This document shows positions 40,784 through 51,243 of a DNA stretch of 64,000 nt, piece by piece (the stretch's first letter is position 1; every line of letters starts with the position of its first letter). The notes beneath the pieces are model-generated. The model saw only the letters and a list, made by a program, of their open reading frames with translations, was not told the origin of the DNA and made no database searches. The DNA comes from a bacterium (GTDB lineage Bacteria > Omnitrophota > Gorgyraeia > Zapsychrales > Zapsychraceae): positions 80,402-144,401 of the forward strand of contig JAUIER010000003.1 of assembly GCA_030429765.1 (NCBI GenBank). The letters run 5' to 3'. A program made the translations under genes and the position numbers.

Positions 40784-42061
40784 ATGAAGAAATTATTTGT
40801 GTTGGGTAACTCTATTGCAGCCGTCAAGGCGGTGGAATTGATACAATCAAACAGCAATGACTACGCGGTCACGTTGTTGCCGGTCGACGATCATCTGCCT
40901 TTAGACCGCCAATTATTTCCGGACCAGATTGCCAATCAGACGCGCGTGACAGATTTGCTCTATCGTCCTGCCGCGTACTATAAAGAAAAAAATATCAAGA
41001 TCCTCGCCGACAAGAAAGTCACACGGGTGAACGTCACCCGTAATCGTGTCCACTTTGAAGACCGCTCGCAAACAGATTTTGACGCGCTGATCATTGCCGA
41101 TACACCTGAACATCGGTCGAGTGACATAAAGGGCGCGCAGAAGACCGGGGTCTTCGGGTTTAAAAAGATTAAGGACATCGAACAGATCTCGACCCTGGCG
41201 GCAATCAGTGAGACTGTGATTATCCAGTCCGATCAGTGGTGGGGGCTGGGTCTGGCGTTGCGCTTGGCGCGTAAAGGCAAAGAGATTATTCTATGCATGT
41301 CGTCGAGAACAGCCTTGCTTCACGGCTGGGATGAGGACGCCTCCGGTGCCGTGGTGAAGTTGCTGGAAGAGCAAGGAGTCAAACTGTTGATCGATAATCC
41401 CGTCACCGAGTTTCTGGGTGACGCTGAGCTCAAGGCTGTCCGCGTGTCGACGGGAAAAGTTTACGCCACCGGCATGGCGATTGTGGATGATACACGGCTT
41501 GATACGCGGGTCTTTAATGACGCGCTGGAGATCCTGGAAGATCAGTGTATCGTGAATGAGTTTTTTCAAAGCAACATCGAGCATGTGTTTGTCGTGGATC
41601 ATGCCGCGCAGCGCAGTTACGAAAATTGGGAGAGTTACGGGCCGTCGGCGGCGACGCTGGAGCGGCAAGGTGAAATCGTTGCGTCCCGGATCCTGGGTCA
41701 GGACATTGAGCCGACTCATGTCACGCCGCGTTATACGATCGAACAAGATCAGTTTAAGTTTATGAGTGCCGGTCAAACCCGGGAGAGCCGGGGGGTCGAG
41801 GTTATCAAGAAATTCGATGTACCGACCGGTATGATGGTTAAGTTGTATGAAAAGCAGGGGCGTGTCATTGGTCTGAGCGTGTTGAATTTTGATGTCGCGC
41901 TGTCCGAGGCCATTGGATGGATCGAGCAATCAGCCGAAATAGGCGCCGTGGCCGGGCAAGTGCTGGCCGCCTTTGATGAGCAGCGCGACCATCGTTTGCG
42001 GATGATCGAGACGGCCGAAACCGAAGCCGCCGAAACCGCTGTCAGCGACGCACAGACTTAG
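40784..42061 (+). CDS. Pyridine-nucleotide-disulfide-oxidoreductase-like protein with a degenerate N-terminal dinucleotide-binding motif.
   Basis: The overall two-Rossmann arrangement resembles FAD/NAD oxidoreductases. The first GxGxxG is replaced by VLGNSIAAV. Function is uncertain. Confidence 0.45.
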   Translation: MKKLFVLGNSIAAVKAVELIQSNSNDYAVTLLPVDDHLPLDRQLFPDQIANQTRVTDLLYRPAAYYKEKNIKILADKKVTRVNVTRNRVHFEDRSQTDFDALIIADTPEHRSSDIKGAQKTGVFGFKKIKDIEQISTLAAISETVIIQSDQWWGLGLALRLARKGKEIILCMSSRTALLHGWDEDASGAVVKLLEEQGVKLLIDNPVTEFLGDAELKAVRVSTGKVYATGMAIVDDTRLDTRVFNDALEILEDQCIVNEFFQSNIEHVFVVDHAAQRSYENWESYGPSAATLERQGEIVASRILGQDIEPTHVTPRYTIEQDQFKFMSAGQTRESRGVEVIKKFDVPTGMMVKLYEKQGRVIGLSVLNFDVALSEAIGWIEQSAEIGAVAGQVLAAFDEQRDHRLRMIETAETEAAETAVSDAQT

Positions 42062-42118
42062 GATGTCCGACGACTTGAGAAACCCTATTTTTACTTGTCA
42101 AACCGGATTTTATAAGTT

Positions 42119-42964
42119 ATGCTTAAGACTAAGAACAACGTAAATAACGCCGCAATTAAATTATTTACTCTTCTGTTTGTCATTTCCATTATTACCTTTC
42201 ATTCGGATTCATTAGCCGGTTCCAAAAAGAAATTGTACCAGGAGTACCGTAATGCCGGCTATGCAGAGCAGAAAAAAGGTAATTACATAGATGCTTTAAC
42301 GTATTTTTCCAAAGCTGTTTCGCTGTATGAGGATGACCCGAAAGTGCTCAATGACATGGGCGTCATTTATGAGCAGATCGGGATGCTGAGCAAGGCCGAA
42401 CTTCACTATTCCAAGGCCATCAACAAGGATCCCAATTATCTGCCGTCTTACAGCAACCTGGCTTTGATGTATCTGAACAATGGATATCCGGACAAGGCAT
42501 TTCCATACTTTAAAAAACGATTTCTTCTAGCCAAGCCCGGCGACGCATGGGGTGAAAAGGCCAAAGAAGAATTGCTGAAAATCAGGCCCGAGTTTCATTC
42601 CTGGGTTGTACAGCTTGAAGCGGAACGTTTGAACGAACTGATAGTTAAGCGAAATCGGGACAAATTTATTGAGACGGTAAAGCGCGCGAATGAACATTAC
42701 GAAAAGGGAGTCAAGCACGCCCGGCGTCAGAAGCTCCGCATTGCTTTGAATGAATTCGATCAGGCATTGAAGTTAACTCCGGACAATCCGAAGATAGTCA
42801 ATGCCCGTAAGGAAATCATCAAGCAAATGACTAATGAACAGATCAAACAGCGGACAGACACGGCCATCAGACAGCTCAACGCGGGGGATACGCGGGCGGC
42901 CAGGCGTGAACTTCAAAAAATGCTTTCCAATTTTCCTGACGATTCGTTACTGAATTCAAAGTAA
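42119..42964 (+). CDS. Secreted TPR-repeat protein.
   Basis: N-terminal hydrophobic signal. Several 34-residue TPR-like repeats (A/Y/L periodicity). Confidence 0.65.
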   Translation: MLKTKNNVNNAAIKLFTLLFVISIITFHSDSLAGSKKKLYQEYRNAGYAEQKKGNYIDALTYFSKAVSLYEDDPKVLNDMGVIYEQIGMLSKAELHYSKAINKDPNYLPSYSNLALMYLNNGYPDKAFPYFKKRFLLAKPGDAWGEKAKEELLKIRPEFHSWVVQLEAERLNELIVKRNRDKFIETVKRANEHYEKGVKHARRQKLRIALNEFDQALKLTPDNPKIVNARKEIIKQMTNEQIKQRTDTAIRQLNAGDTRAARRELQKMLSNFPDDSLLNSK

Positions 42965-43036
42965 AAAAGTCTTATGAGATTTCCGTCATAGCGGCGCAGG
43001 AATTCATCAATTCAAAAAATTTATCAAAGCAGATTA

Positions 43037-45592
43037 ATGGACAAATTGTTTCTCATCGACGGGCATGCATTGTGTTATCGGTCCTTCTACGCGATCCGTG
43101 AGCTCATTGCCAGTAACGGACAGGCCACAAACGCCGTATTCGGATTTGTGAACACCATGCGAAAGATATTTCGCGAATTTGATCCCAAATATATGGCCGT
43201 CTGTTTTGATTCCAAGGAAAAGACATTCCGCGCCGAGAAGTTTGCTGATTACAAGATCCAGCGTCCGAAAATGCCCGAACAGTTGATCAGTCAGATCCCG
43301 ATCATCAAAGAAGTTATTCAGGCGTACAACATACCGATTTTTGAAGTGCCCGGATATGAGGCTGACGATATTATCGCGACGCTCAATCGAAAGGCCAATG
43401 ATCAGAAGATTGATGTCACGATCGTGACCGAAGACAAGGATATGTTTCAATTAAGCGGCGCCAAGACGAGCTTTTTCAGCGCGCGTAAAGACGCCGTGCT
43501 GGAATATAAGGATGTCGAAACGAAATTGGGATTTGAACCGATACGGATTATTGATTTTATCGCGTTGGCCGGAGACAAGGCTGACAACATTCCCGGTGTC
43601 GCCGGTGTCGGCGAAGTGACGGCCAGAAAACTGATCGACGCCTATGGCGATCTCGAGGGAATTTATGCGAATGTCGAACAGATTGACAAGGTTAAGGTAA
43701 AGGAAAAATTAATGGCGCAAAAGGATATCGCGTTTTTGAGCAAGGAACTGGCTATTCTGGATATGGATGTTCCGGTGGAGCTTGACCTGGAGTCGCTGAA
43801 GGTCAGCGATCCCGACGGAGATAAGCTTTATGATCTGTTCAAGGAACTCGAGTTTAAACGCTTTGCTGAAGAGTATGCCGATGGTCAGGCCGAGGAGCAT
43901 GTCATCACGCTCAAAACGGTTACTGACCGCAAAGGACTGAAAGATGTGACCCAGGCGATCCGAAAAGCCGGACGATTGGCCTATCTCGTGAGCCGGTCGG
44001 AGGACACCTTGTTCGAGGAATTCTATGTGGCCACGGGCGAGGCAACGGTATGGACGATGCCGGTGGACATGATCGATGGTCTCAAAGAACTCTTCGCCGA
44101 CCCGTCATTGGTCAAGATCACCCACAACTGTAAAGAGATGTTCAAATTTCTCGACCGTCACGCGATCACGACGGAGGGAGAGACATTTGATGTGTTGCTT
44201 GCCGGTTATCTGCTCACGCCTAACACCAACTCATACGATCCCAAGGAACTGGCCTGGAATTTTTTCAAGATCTCGTTAAACGATGAGAATTTACGCGCCA
44301 AAGAAACGGATATCGTTTTCAAACTATACGACAAACTTCAACGACAGCTCGAAGAAAAAAAGCTCAAGGATTTGTATGAAAAGATCGAACGTCCGCTGTC
44401 GTACGTGCTTTACAAAATGGAAACACAGGGCGTATGTTTGGATGAGGCCTTCCTGAAACAGATGAGCCGCGATTGTCAGGCCAAAATCGAAGAAATATCC
44501 AAACGTCTGTACGAGATGGCCGGTGAGGAGTTTAATCTGAATTCACCCAAACAATTAGGCAAGATCTTATTTGAGCGGCTGGAATTACCGGTGCAGAAGA
44601 AGACCAAGACCGGTTACTCAACGGATGAAGGCGTGCTGACCAAGTTGAGCGAAATGCATGAATTTCCGTCGATGATTCTCGAATACCGTCAGCTGGCCAA
44701 GCTTAAGTCAACATACATTGACGCGCTGCCCAAACTTGTCGATCCCAAAACGCACCGGATTCACGCGGAGTTCAATCAAATCGGCGCGGAGACCGGCCGG
44801 TTGAGCTCCCGTCATCCCAATCTTCAGAATATCCCGATTCGTACCGAGTTGGGGCGTCAGGTACGTAAGGCCATCATTCCATCAGCCAATATGACTATGC
44901 TCGCCGCTGACTATTCACAGATTGAGCTGCGTATTCTCGCGCATCTATCCAAAGATAAAGCCTTAACCGAGGCATTTAACAATGACGAGGACATTCACAA
45001 TTATACCGCGTCGCTGATATTTGATGTCGAACAGAAAGACGTGGATTATCACATGCGGGATACCGCGAAACGTGTGAATTTCGGGATTGTCTACGGCATG
45101 AGCGGATTTGGCCTGGCCAAAGATCTGGGGATTTCCCAGAAAGAGGCACAGGCCTTCATCGATCGTTATTTCGAGCGCTATCCGGGAGTGAAGACTTTTA
45201 TGGATGAGCAGATTGATTTTTGTCAGACCAATGGCTACGTCCTGACGCTGTTTGACCGACGACGTTACATTCCGGAGATCAACAGTAAGAACAACGGCAT
45301 CCGTCAGTTTGCCCAGCGCCAGGCGATCAACACGCCGGTGCAGGGTTCAGCGGCCGATCTGATGAAGATGGCCATGATCGATGTACAGTCGGAACTGGAA
45401 GCCAAGAAATACAAGTCACGTATGCTCATCACGGTTCACGATGAGCTGGTTTTTGAAGTCGATGCCAAGGAGAAATCAAAACTGCCGACGAGAGTCAAAC
45501 AGATTATGGAACAGACGGTTGATCTGAGTATTCCGATCAAAGTCGATGTCAAGGTGGGCAATAATTGGCTTGAAATGGAGCGCCTTAAATGA
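43037..45592 (+). CDS. polA: DNA polymerase I (5'-3' exonuclease plus polymerase domain; the 3'-5' exonuclease motifs look degenerate).
   Basis: 5'-nuclease GYEADDII. Polymerase motifs A (LLAADYSQIELR), B (RRYIPEINSKN...QRQAINTPVQGSAAD) and C (VHDELVFE). Confidence 0.93.
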   Translation: MDKLFLIDGHALCYRSFYAIRELIASNGQATNAVFGFVNTMRKIFREFDPKYMAVCFDSKEKTFRAEKFADYKIQRPKMPEQLISQIPIIKEVIQAYNIPIFEVPGYEADDIIATLNRKANDQKIDVTIVTEDKDMFQLSGAKTSFFSARKDAVLEYKDVETKLGFEPIRIIDFIALAGDKADNIPGVAGVGEVTARKLIDAYGDLEGIYANVEQIDKVKVKEKLMAQKDIAFLSKELAILDMDVPVELDLESLKVSDPDGDKLYDLFKELEFKRFAEEYADGQAEEHVITLKTVTDRKGLKDVTQAIRKAGRLAYLVSRSEDTLFEEFYVATGEATVWTMPVDMIDGLKELFADPSLVKITHNCKEMFKFLDRHAITTEGETFDVLLAGYLLTPNTNSYDPKELAWNFFKISLNDENLRAKETDIVFKLYDKLQRQLEEKKLKDLYEKIERPLSYVLYKMETQGVCLDEAFLKQMSRDCQAKIEEISKRLYEMAGEEFNLNSPKQLGKILFERLELPVQKKTKTGYSTDEGVLTKLSEMHEFPSMILEYRQLAKLKSTYIDALPKLVDPKTHRIHAEFNQIGAETGRLSSRHPNLQNIPIRTELGRQVRKAIIPSANMTMLAADYSQIELRILAHLSKDKALTEAFNNDEDIHNYTASLIFDVEQKDVDYHMRDTAKRVNFGIVYGMSGFGLAKDLGISQKEAQAFIDRYFERYPGVKTFMDEQIDFCQTNGYVLTLFDRRRYIPEINSKNNGIRQFAQRQAINTPVQGSAADLMKMAMIDVQSELEAKKYKSRMLITVHDELVFEVDAKEKSKLPTRVKQIMEQTVDLSIPIKVDVKVGNNWLEMERLK

Positions 45593-46998
45593 TGAAGGTG
45601 TTGTTTTGTGCGTCAGAGGTTTTTCCATTTGCCAAGACGGGCGGACTGGCCGACGTTAGCGGATCCTTGCCGCCTGAGCTGGCCAAGCAGGATGTACAGA
45701 TCAAGGTGGTGATGCCGCGATATCGCACGGTTAGCGACGAGGAGTTTGAGATCGAGGAAATCAACAATCAGTTCTCCCGTGCGAAGTTGTCGGATAACGT
45801 CACGATCTACTTTGTTGAGCAGCCGGAGTATTTTGACCGGGACGGATTGTACGGCGACGAACAGGGCGATTACACGGATAATCTCGCCCGTTATCGATTT
45901 TTTTGTCAGCGCGTCTTCAAGTTGATGAAGACATTGGATTGGCAGGCCGATATCATCCATTGCCATGACTGGCATACGGCGCTGATCCCGGTCCTGCTGA
46001 AAAACAAGTATCATGACGATCCGTTTTTTCAGGGTGTGCGGACGGTATTGACCGTCCATAACCTGGCGTTTCAGGGATTGTTTGCGCTGGAAGAATATCC
46101 GCAGCTGGATCTGCCGGATACGTTGTTGTCGGACGAGGGATTTTTGTTTTATGAAAAGGTCAACCTGTTGAAGGCGGGGATTTTGTCGGCGGATGCCATC
46201 ACAACGGTATCACCGCAGTATGCCCGAGAGATTCAAACCCCGCAACACGGATGCGGTCTGGAGAAAGAGCTGGAGCGACGAGGTGTGACAGGCATTCTCA
46301 ACGGATTAGATTACACTTACTGGAATCCCGAGGCGGATCCGTATCTGATCAAGTCATACAACACTCAAACGCGGTTGGAAGGAAAGCTTGAAAACAAGAT
46401 CGGATTGATGAAGAGTGTCGGGCTGAAGATGGATATCGATCGGCCGCTATACGGTTTCGTCGGTCGTATCTCGCATCAGAAAGGGATGGAGTTGATTATC
46501 GAGGCGATCAAAACGTTGAAGAGCGATGATCTGGCTATGGTGATACAAGGGCAGGGAGATCCGGACTACCAGGAACAGCTTCAGATTTTGTCGGACGATG
46601 CCAATCAGAATCTGTCGGTGATCTTCGACTACGATGAGCGGCTGGCCCATATGATTTACGCGGGAAGTGATTGGTTTATGATGCCGTCGCAATTTGAACC
46701 ATGCGGGCTGACGCAGATGATCAGCATGCGTTACGGCACGCCGCCGATTGTGTTTCGAACCGGCGGGCTCGCCGATACCGTGGAGCCGTTTAGTGCAGAC
46801 ACCCATCGCGGCAACGGGTTGATGTACGCGGAGAATTCGGCTGAGGCATTGGTGGAAGAGATCCGCCGGGCGGCCAAGATTTTCGGGAACAAAAAAGATT
46901 ATTATCAAGTCGCGGCCAACGCGATGGAAACACGGTTTCCATGGACCGAGTCGGCCGCGCAGTACAAACAGCTTTACGAATGCTTATTATCGGATTAA
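45589..46998 (+). CDS. glgA: Glycogen synthase (ADP-glucose type, GT5).
   Basis: MKVLFCASEVFPFAKTGGLADV N-terminal signature; GT-B C-terminal domain. Confidence 0.9.
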   Translation: MMKVLFCASEVFPFAKTGGLADVSGSLPPELAKQDVQIKVVMPRYRTVSDEEFEIEEINNQFSRAKLSDNVTIYFVEQPEYFDRDGLYGDEQGDYTDNLARYRFFCQRVFKLMKTLDWQADIIHCHDWHTALIPVLLKNKYHDDPFFQGVRTVLTVHNLAFQGLFALEEYPQLDLPDTLLSDEGFLFYEKVNLLKAGILSADAITTVSPQYAREIQTPQHGCGLEKELERRGVTGILNGLDYTYWNPEADPYLIKSYNTQTRLEGKLENKIGLMKSVGLKMDIDRPLYGFVGRISHQKGMELIIEAIKTLKSDDLAMVIQGQGDPDYQEQLQILSDDANQNLSVIFDYDERLAHMIYAGSDWFMMPSQFEPCGLTQMISMRYGTPPIVFRTGGLADTVEPFSADTHRGNGLMYAENSAEALVEEIRRAAKIFGNKKDYYQVAANAMETRFPWTESAAQYKQLYECLLSD

Positions 46999-47588
46999 CC
47001 GGCGGCCTCAAGACGGGTAAGACCACCGTGGCCAAAATGTTTCGTCGGCTCGGCGCTCATGTGATTGACGCCGACGCGATCGTGCATGAAAGTTTATCCG
47101 TGAACGGGGCATGCGTCAAAGCCGTCAAAGCTCAATTCGGGGAACGGGTCTTAACGAGGGGAGGCTCAGTTAACCGCAAGGCCCTGGCCGAGATCGTCTT
47201 TCAGGATGACTCACGCCTGCGCGACCTTGAAAAAATTATCCATCCTCATGTGCGTCGCGTGATGCGCGCGCAAATATCCGAATACAAACGGACGGATCCC
47301 GACGGGGTGATTGTTTTAGATGTTCCGCTCTTGTTTGAGTCGGGGCTCGACAAACTGGCTGACATCACCGTCACCGTTAAGGCCACAAGGGCCCTGCAGG
47401 TCGAACGGGCCATGCGGGACTTGGGGATCAGTCAGGCACAAGCATTAAAACGAATCCGGCAGCAGATGCCGATGACAGAAAAAGTCAGACGATCTGACGT
47501 CGTGATTGACAATAGATCTAGTAAATCAGAAACTCAAAAAAAGGTAAAACAAATATGGCAAAAACACCTACCAAATCCAAAGCAGTAA
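46980..47588 (+). CDS. coaE: Dephospho-CoA kinase.
   Basis: [17 protein letters not shown]-loop. The real start overlaps the glgA 3' end by 19 nt. The ORF-track start at 46941 is an upstream extension. Confidence 0.88.
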   Translation: MLIIGLTGGLKTGKTTVAKMFRRLGAHVIDADAIVHESLSVNGACVKAVKAQFGERVLTRGGSVNRKALAEIVFQDDSRLRDLEKIIHPHVRRVMRAQISEYKRTDPDGVIVLDVPLLFESGLDKLADITVTVKATRALQVERAMRDLGISQAQALKRIRQQMPMTEKVRRSDVVIDNRSSKSETQKKVKQIWQKHLPNPKQ

Positions 47589-48949
47589 AATCCAAGTCAA
47601 AAGAGACATCGAAAACCACCGCGGCCAAAAGCAAAAGCTCGGCGGAGAAAAAGGCGGATAAGCCCAAAGAGGCCAACGGCGCCAACGGGACGGATTCGAT
47701 TGATATCACCAGTTTGAAAGAAATGAAGATGACCGAGCTGAACAATTACGCCAAAGATCTGGGGATCACCGGAGTCAGCGGTCTTAAGAAGCAGGACTTG
47801 ATCTTCAAGGTCCTGCAGGCGCAGGCGGAACGTGAAGGTCAGATGTTCGGCGGCGGCACGCTTGAAATTCTATCAGAAGGATTTGGTTTTCTACGCAGTT
47901 CCAATTACAACTACTTACCGTGTCCGGATGACATTTATATCTCTCCGTCGCAGATCCGTCGTTTTGATCTGAAAACCGGCGACAGTGTCAGCGGACACAT
48001 CCGGCCGCCCAAAGAGGGTGAGAAGTATTTCGCGTTGCTTAAAGTGGAAGCCGTGAACTTTGAAAACCCGGAAAAATGCAAAGACAAAATATTTTTTGAC
48101 AACTTAACGCCGCTATATCCGAAAGATCGCATCCTGCTTGAAACCGAGCAGAAAGAATTGTCGACGAGGATTATGGACATGCTGACACCGTTGGGTAAAG
48201 GTCAGCGGGCGCTGATCGTGGCTCCGCCTTTCAGTGGTAAGACGGTTCTCCTGCAGAAAGTGGCCAACTCCATCATGCAGAATCAGCCGGATGTCATCCT
48301 GATGGTGCTGTTAATCGATGAGCGTCCCGAAGAGGTGACGGATATGCAGCGTAACGTCAAGGGCGAGGTCATCGCTTCAACATTTGATGAGCCGGCCGAA
48401 CGTCACGTACAGGTGGCGGAGATGGTCCTGGAAAAAGCCAAGCGTTTGGTGGAGCATCAACGTGATGTCATTATTCTCTTGGACAGTATCACCCGATTAG
48501 CGCGCGCCTATAATACGGTTGTGCCACATAGTGGAAAGATTCTCTCCGGTGGGGTTGACTCCAACGCGCTTCACAAGCCAAAGCGATTCTTTGGGGCCGC
48601 CCGGGCGGTTGAAGAAGGCGGCAGTCTGACCGTTATCGCGACGGCCCTGGTTGAAACAGGCAGCCGTATGGATGAAGTCATCTTCGAGGAATTCAAGGGG
48701 ACGGGTAACATGGAGCTGCAGCTTGACCGGAATCTGTTCCAGCGCCGTATCTATCCGGCGATCGATATCAAGCGTTCCAACACGCGTCATGAAGAGTATC
48801 TGATCCCGGATGACGATCTGCAGCGCATCTGGCTGCTGCGCAAGGCCATCAATGATCTCAATTCAGCCGAGGCGATGGAGCTGTTGATCGACCGTATCGG
48901 AAAGTACAAATCAAACAGGGAATTTCTGGATAATCTGAATAATATGTAG
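47555..48949 (+). CDS. rho: Transcription termination factor Rho, with a Lys/Ala/Ser-rich N-terminal extension.
   Basis: N-terminal domain ([18 protein letters not shown]), OB fold, Walker [14 protein letters not shown] and R loops. Confidence 0.95.
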   Translation: MAKTPTKSKAVKSKSKETSKTTAAKSKSSAEKKADKPKEANGANGTDSIDITSLKEMKMTELNNYAKDLGITGVSGLKKQDLIFKVLQAQAEREGQMFGGGTLEILSEGFGFLRSSNYNYLPCPDDIYISPSQIRRFDLKTGDSVSGHIRPPKEGEKYFALLKVEAVNFENPEKCKDKIFFDNLTPLYPKDRILLETEQKELSTRIMDMLTPLGKGQRALIVAPPFSGKTVLLQKVANSIMQNQPDVILMVLLIDERPEEVTDMQRNVKGEVIASTFDEPAERHVQVAEMVLEKAKRLVEHQRDVIILLDSITRLARAYNTVVPHSGKILSGGVDSNALHKPKRFFGAARAVEEGGSLTVIATALVETGSRMDEVIFEEFKGTGNMELQLDRNLFQRRIYPAIDIKRSNTRHEEYLIPDDDLQRIWLLRKAINDLNSAEAMELLIDRIGKYKSNREFLDNLNNM

Positions 48950-49010
48950 TCGAGATTCATAAGGCATTCGATACCAGTCATTTACGCTTTAAATTGCTGT
49001 TTGTAATAAA

Positions 49011-49038
49011 TTGTACTATTTGAGATTTGTGCTATAAT
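49011..49038 (+). promoter_or_regulatory. Sigma70-type promoter candidate for rpmE: -35 TTGTAC (49011-49016), 16-nt spacer, extended -10 TGcTATAAT (49030-49038).
   Basis: Hexamers read directly from the sequence. Located ~55 nt upstream of the rpmE RBS GAGGAG. Confidence 0.45.
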
Positions 49039-49096
49039 TGACAGTCTTAACGACAGGAGTTTAACTAAGGTGTATTCATAACCGAGGAGTAATTTG

Positions 49097-49297
49097 ATGA
49101 AAGCTGACATTCATCCTGAATATGTTGAAACGACGATTAATTGTGTTTGCGGGGCCTCGATTAAAACACGTTCCACGGTACAAAATATCCGTGTAGAGAT
49201 TTGTTCGAAGTGTCATCCATTTTTCACTGGTGAGAAGAAATTCGTTGATACCACCGGTCGAATCGAACGCTTTAAGAATCGTTACAAGAAAAATTAA
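49097..49297 (+). CDS. rpmE: 50S ribosomal protein L31 (zinc-ribbon form).
   Basis: MKADIHPEY...CxC...[10 protein letters not shown]. Confidence 0.93.
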   Translation: MKADIHPEYVETTINCVCGASIKTRSTVQNIRVEICSKCHPFFTGEKKFVDTTGRIERFKNRYKKN

Positions 49298-49309
49298 GAA
49301 TTTCCTTAT

Positions 49310-49329
49310 GGGCCGCATTATTGCGGCCC
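49310..49329 (+). other. GC-rich hairpin after rpmE (GGGCCGCA-TTAT-TGCGGCCC). Possible weak terminator or attenuator.
   Basis: Perfect 8-bp stem. The downstream tract AAAGTGTGTAT is only weakly U-rich. Confidence 0.35.
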
Positions 49330-49345
49330 AAAGTGTGTATAGACC

Positions 49346-50410
49346 ATGAAGCTAGAGAAATACGAGAAACTACAGGAGCGTTTTAAAGAGCTTGAGGGTC
49401 TGCTTGCCGATCAGAATATCATCTCCGATCAAAGTCAATATCAAAAGCTAGCCAAAGAATATTCCGACATCACGCCGGTGGTCAACCTGTTCGGCGAGTA
49501 TCAGGATGTCGTGCATCAAATTGATGATTTGAAGAAGCTGCTGTCTGAAAAGCCCGACAAGGAATTTGTCGAGTTGGCCGAGGCCGAGCTGTCTGAGCTT
49601 AACGAGAAGGTCGGTCAGCTGGAAGAGGAGCTGGACGATCTCACCAATCCCAAAAAGCAGGGGCAGAATCGCAATCTGATCTTCGAGATCCGGGCGGGGA
49701 CCGGCGGTGAGGAGGCAAGCCTGTTTGCCTCGGATCTGTTCCGGATGTACTCCAAATATTGCGACAAGAAAGGCTGGGTCCTCGAACCGATCAACTCCAA
49801 TCCGTCTGAAACCGGCGGGTTCAAGGAAATTATTTTCAGTATCAGTGGCGACGGCGCGGAAAAACATTTAAAATGGGAAAGTGGCGCGCACCGGGTTCAG
49901 CGTGTTCCCGCCACCGAGGCGTCCGGGCGGATCCACACTTCTGCCGCGACGGTCGCGGTGCTGTTTGAGGCCGAAGACGTTGAGCTTGAGATCGATCCCA
50001 ATGATTTGAAAATAGATATCTTTCGTTCGTCGGGCCCGGGCGGTCAGAGTGTGAATACCACTGATTCGGCGGTTCGCATCACTCATTTACCGACGAATAC
50101 GGTTGTCATCTGTCAGGACGAACGCTCACAGCTAAAAAACAAATATAAGGCGATGCGGGTTTTGAAGGCGCGGATCCTCGACAAGATGAAACGGGACAGC
50201 ATGGAGCAGGAATCGGCCGACCGCAAGCTCAAGGTCGGCAGCGGCGACCGCAGCGAGAAGATCCGCACATATAATTTTCCGGACCGGCGCGTCACCGATC
50301 ATCGCATCGGGTTTACGTCCCACAAACTGCAGTATATCCTGGACGGTGATATGGACGAATTAACCGAGGCCCTGATTCAGGCCGAGCATGAGGACAATCT
50401 CAATGAATGA
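49346..50410 (+). CDS. prfA: Peptide chain release factor 1.
   Basis: PAT tripeptide (RVPATEASGR) and GGQ motif (SGPGGQSVNTT). Confidence 0.95.
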   Translation: MKLEKYEKLQERFKELEGLLADQNIISDQSQYQKLAKEYSDITPVVNLFGEYQDVVHQIDDLKKLLSEKPDKEFVELAEAELSELNEKVGQLEEELDDLTNPKKQGQNRNLIFEIRAGTGGEEASLFASDLFRMYSKYCDKKGWVLEPINSNPSETGGFKEIIFSISGDGAEKHLKWESGAHRVQRVPATEASGRIHTSAATVAVLFEAEDVELEIDPNDLKIDIFRSSGPGGQSVNTTDSAVRITHLPTNTVVICQDERSQLKNKYKAMRVLKARILDKMKRDSMEQESADRKLKVGSGDRSEKIRTYNFPDRRVTDHRIGFTSHKLQYILDGDMDELTEALIQAEHEDNLNE

Positions 50411-51221
50411 ACGTGAACAAATGCTGACCTCCGTACTGAATTGCCGGCGCGTTGATCTGTATGTGGATCGCAAGGAATTGAACCCGGTCCAGCAGAAACA
50501 ATATCGTCAGATGCTCGACCGCCGCGCTCAAGGCGAACCGCTGCAGTACATCATCGGTCATTGTGAATTTCTGAACACCAAATTATTTGTCAACAAACAT
50601 GTGTTGATCCCGCGGCCGGAAACAGAATTACTCGTCGAGATGGCGGTTGAAAAGGCGCGGATGATGCCGAACCGACCGGTACGGATCCTGGATCTGGGGA
50701 CCGGGTCCGGTAATATCGCGATCGCGTTGGCCAAACGGGTGCATGATTGTCATGTTGTCTCAGTCGATATTTCCCGCGAGGCGATCATGGTGGCCACGGA
50801 GAATGCCCGCAAAAATTTTGTGGCGGACAAGACCACCTTTGTATGGTGCGATATGTTCCGCTTTTTATCTATCGACGAGGAATTGGGCCGCAAATTTGAT
50901 ATGATTATTTCCAACCCGCCGTACATCAAGGCGGGGGATATTGACAATCTGCCGAATGACGTTCAGCGTGAACCGCACATCGCGCTCAACGGCGGACAGG
51001 ACGGATTGATGTTTTACCGCGAGATTCTAAAACGCGCGCATCATTTTTTACGCGAGGAAGGGTGTATTTTATTTGAGATTGGTGAGGATCAGGCGCAGGA
51101 TATTACGCAAATATTTGAGCAGTACCCGTATTTCCGGAACACCTTTGTGTTCAGGGATTACGCGGACCGCGACCGCTTTATGTGTTCCCAGCTCTCGGCA
51201 TTGAGCGCTGTCGTCAACTAA
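50403..51221 (+). CDS. prmC: Release-factor glutamine N5-methyltransferase (HemK).
   Basis: LDLGTGSGNIAI, NPPY motif (ISNPPYI). Start at MNEREQ overlaps the prfA stop. Confidence 0.9.
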   Translation: MNEREQMLTSVLNCRRVDLYVDRKELNPVQQKQYRQMLDRRAQGEPLQYIIGHCEFLNTKLFVNKHVLIPRPETELLVEMAVEKARMMPNRPVRILDLGTGSGNIAIALAKRVHDCHVVSVDISREAIMVATENARKNFVADKTTFVWCDMFRFLSIDEELGRKFDMIISNPPYIKAGDIDNLPNDVQREPHIALNGGQDGLMFYREILKRAHHFLREEGCILFEIGEDQAQDITQIFEQYPYFRNTFVFRDYADRDRFMCSQLSALSAVVN

Positions 51222-51243
51222 CCGTTACGATCACACATCATTC

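Noticed and set aside
41291-41929. 212-aa minus-strand ORF
   Set aside because: Antisense to the oxidoreductase-like gene, with no independent support.
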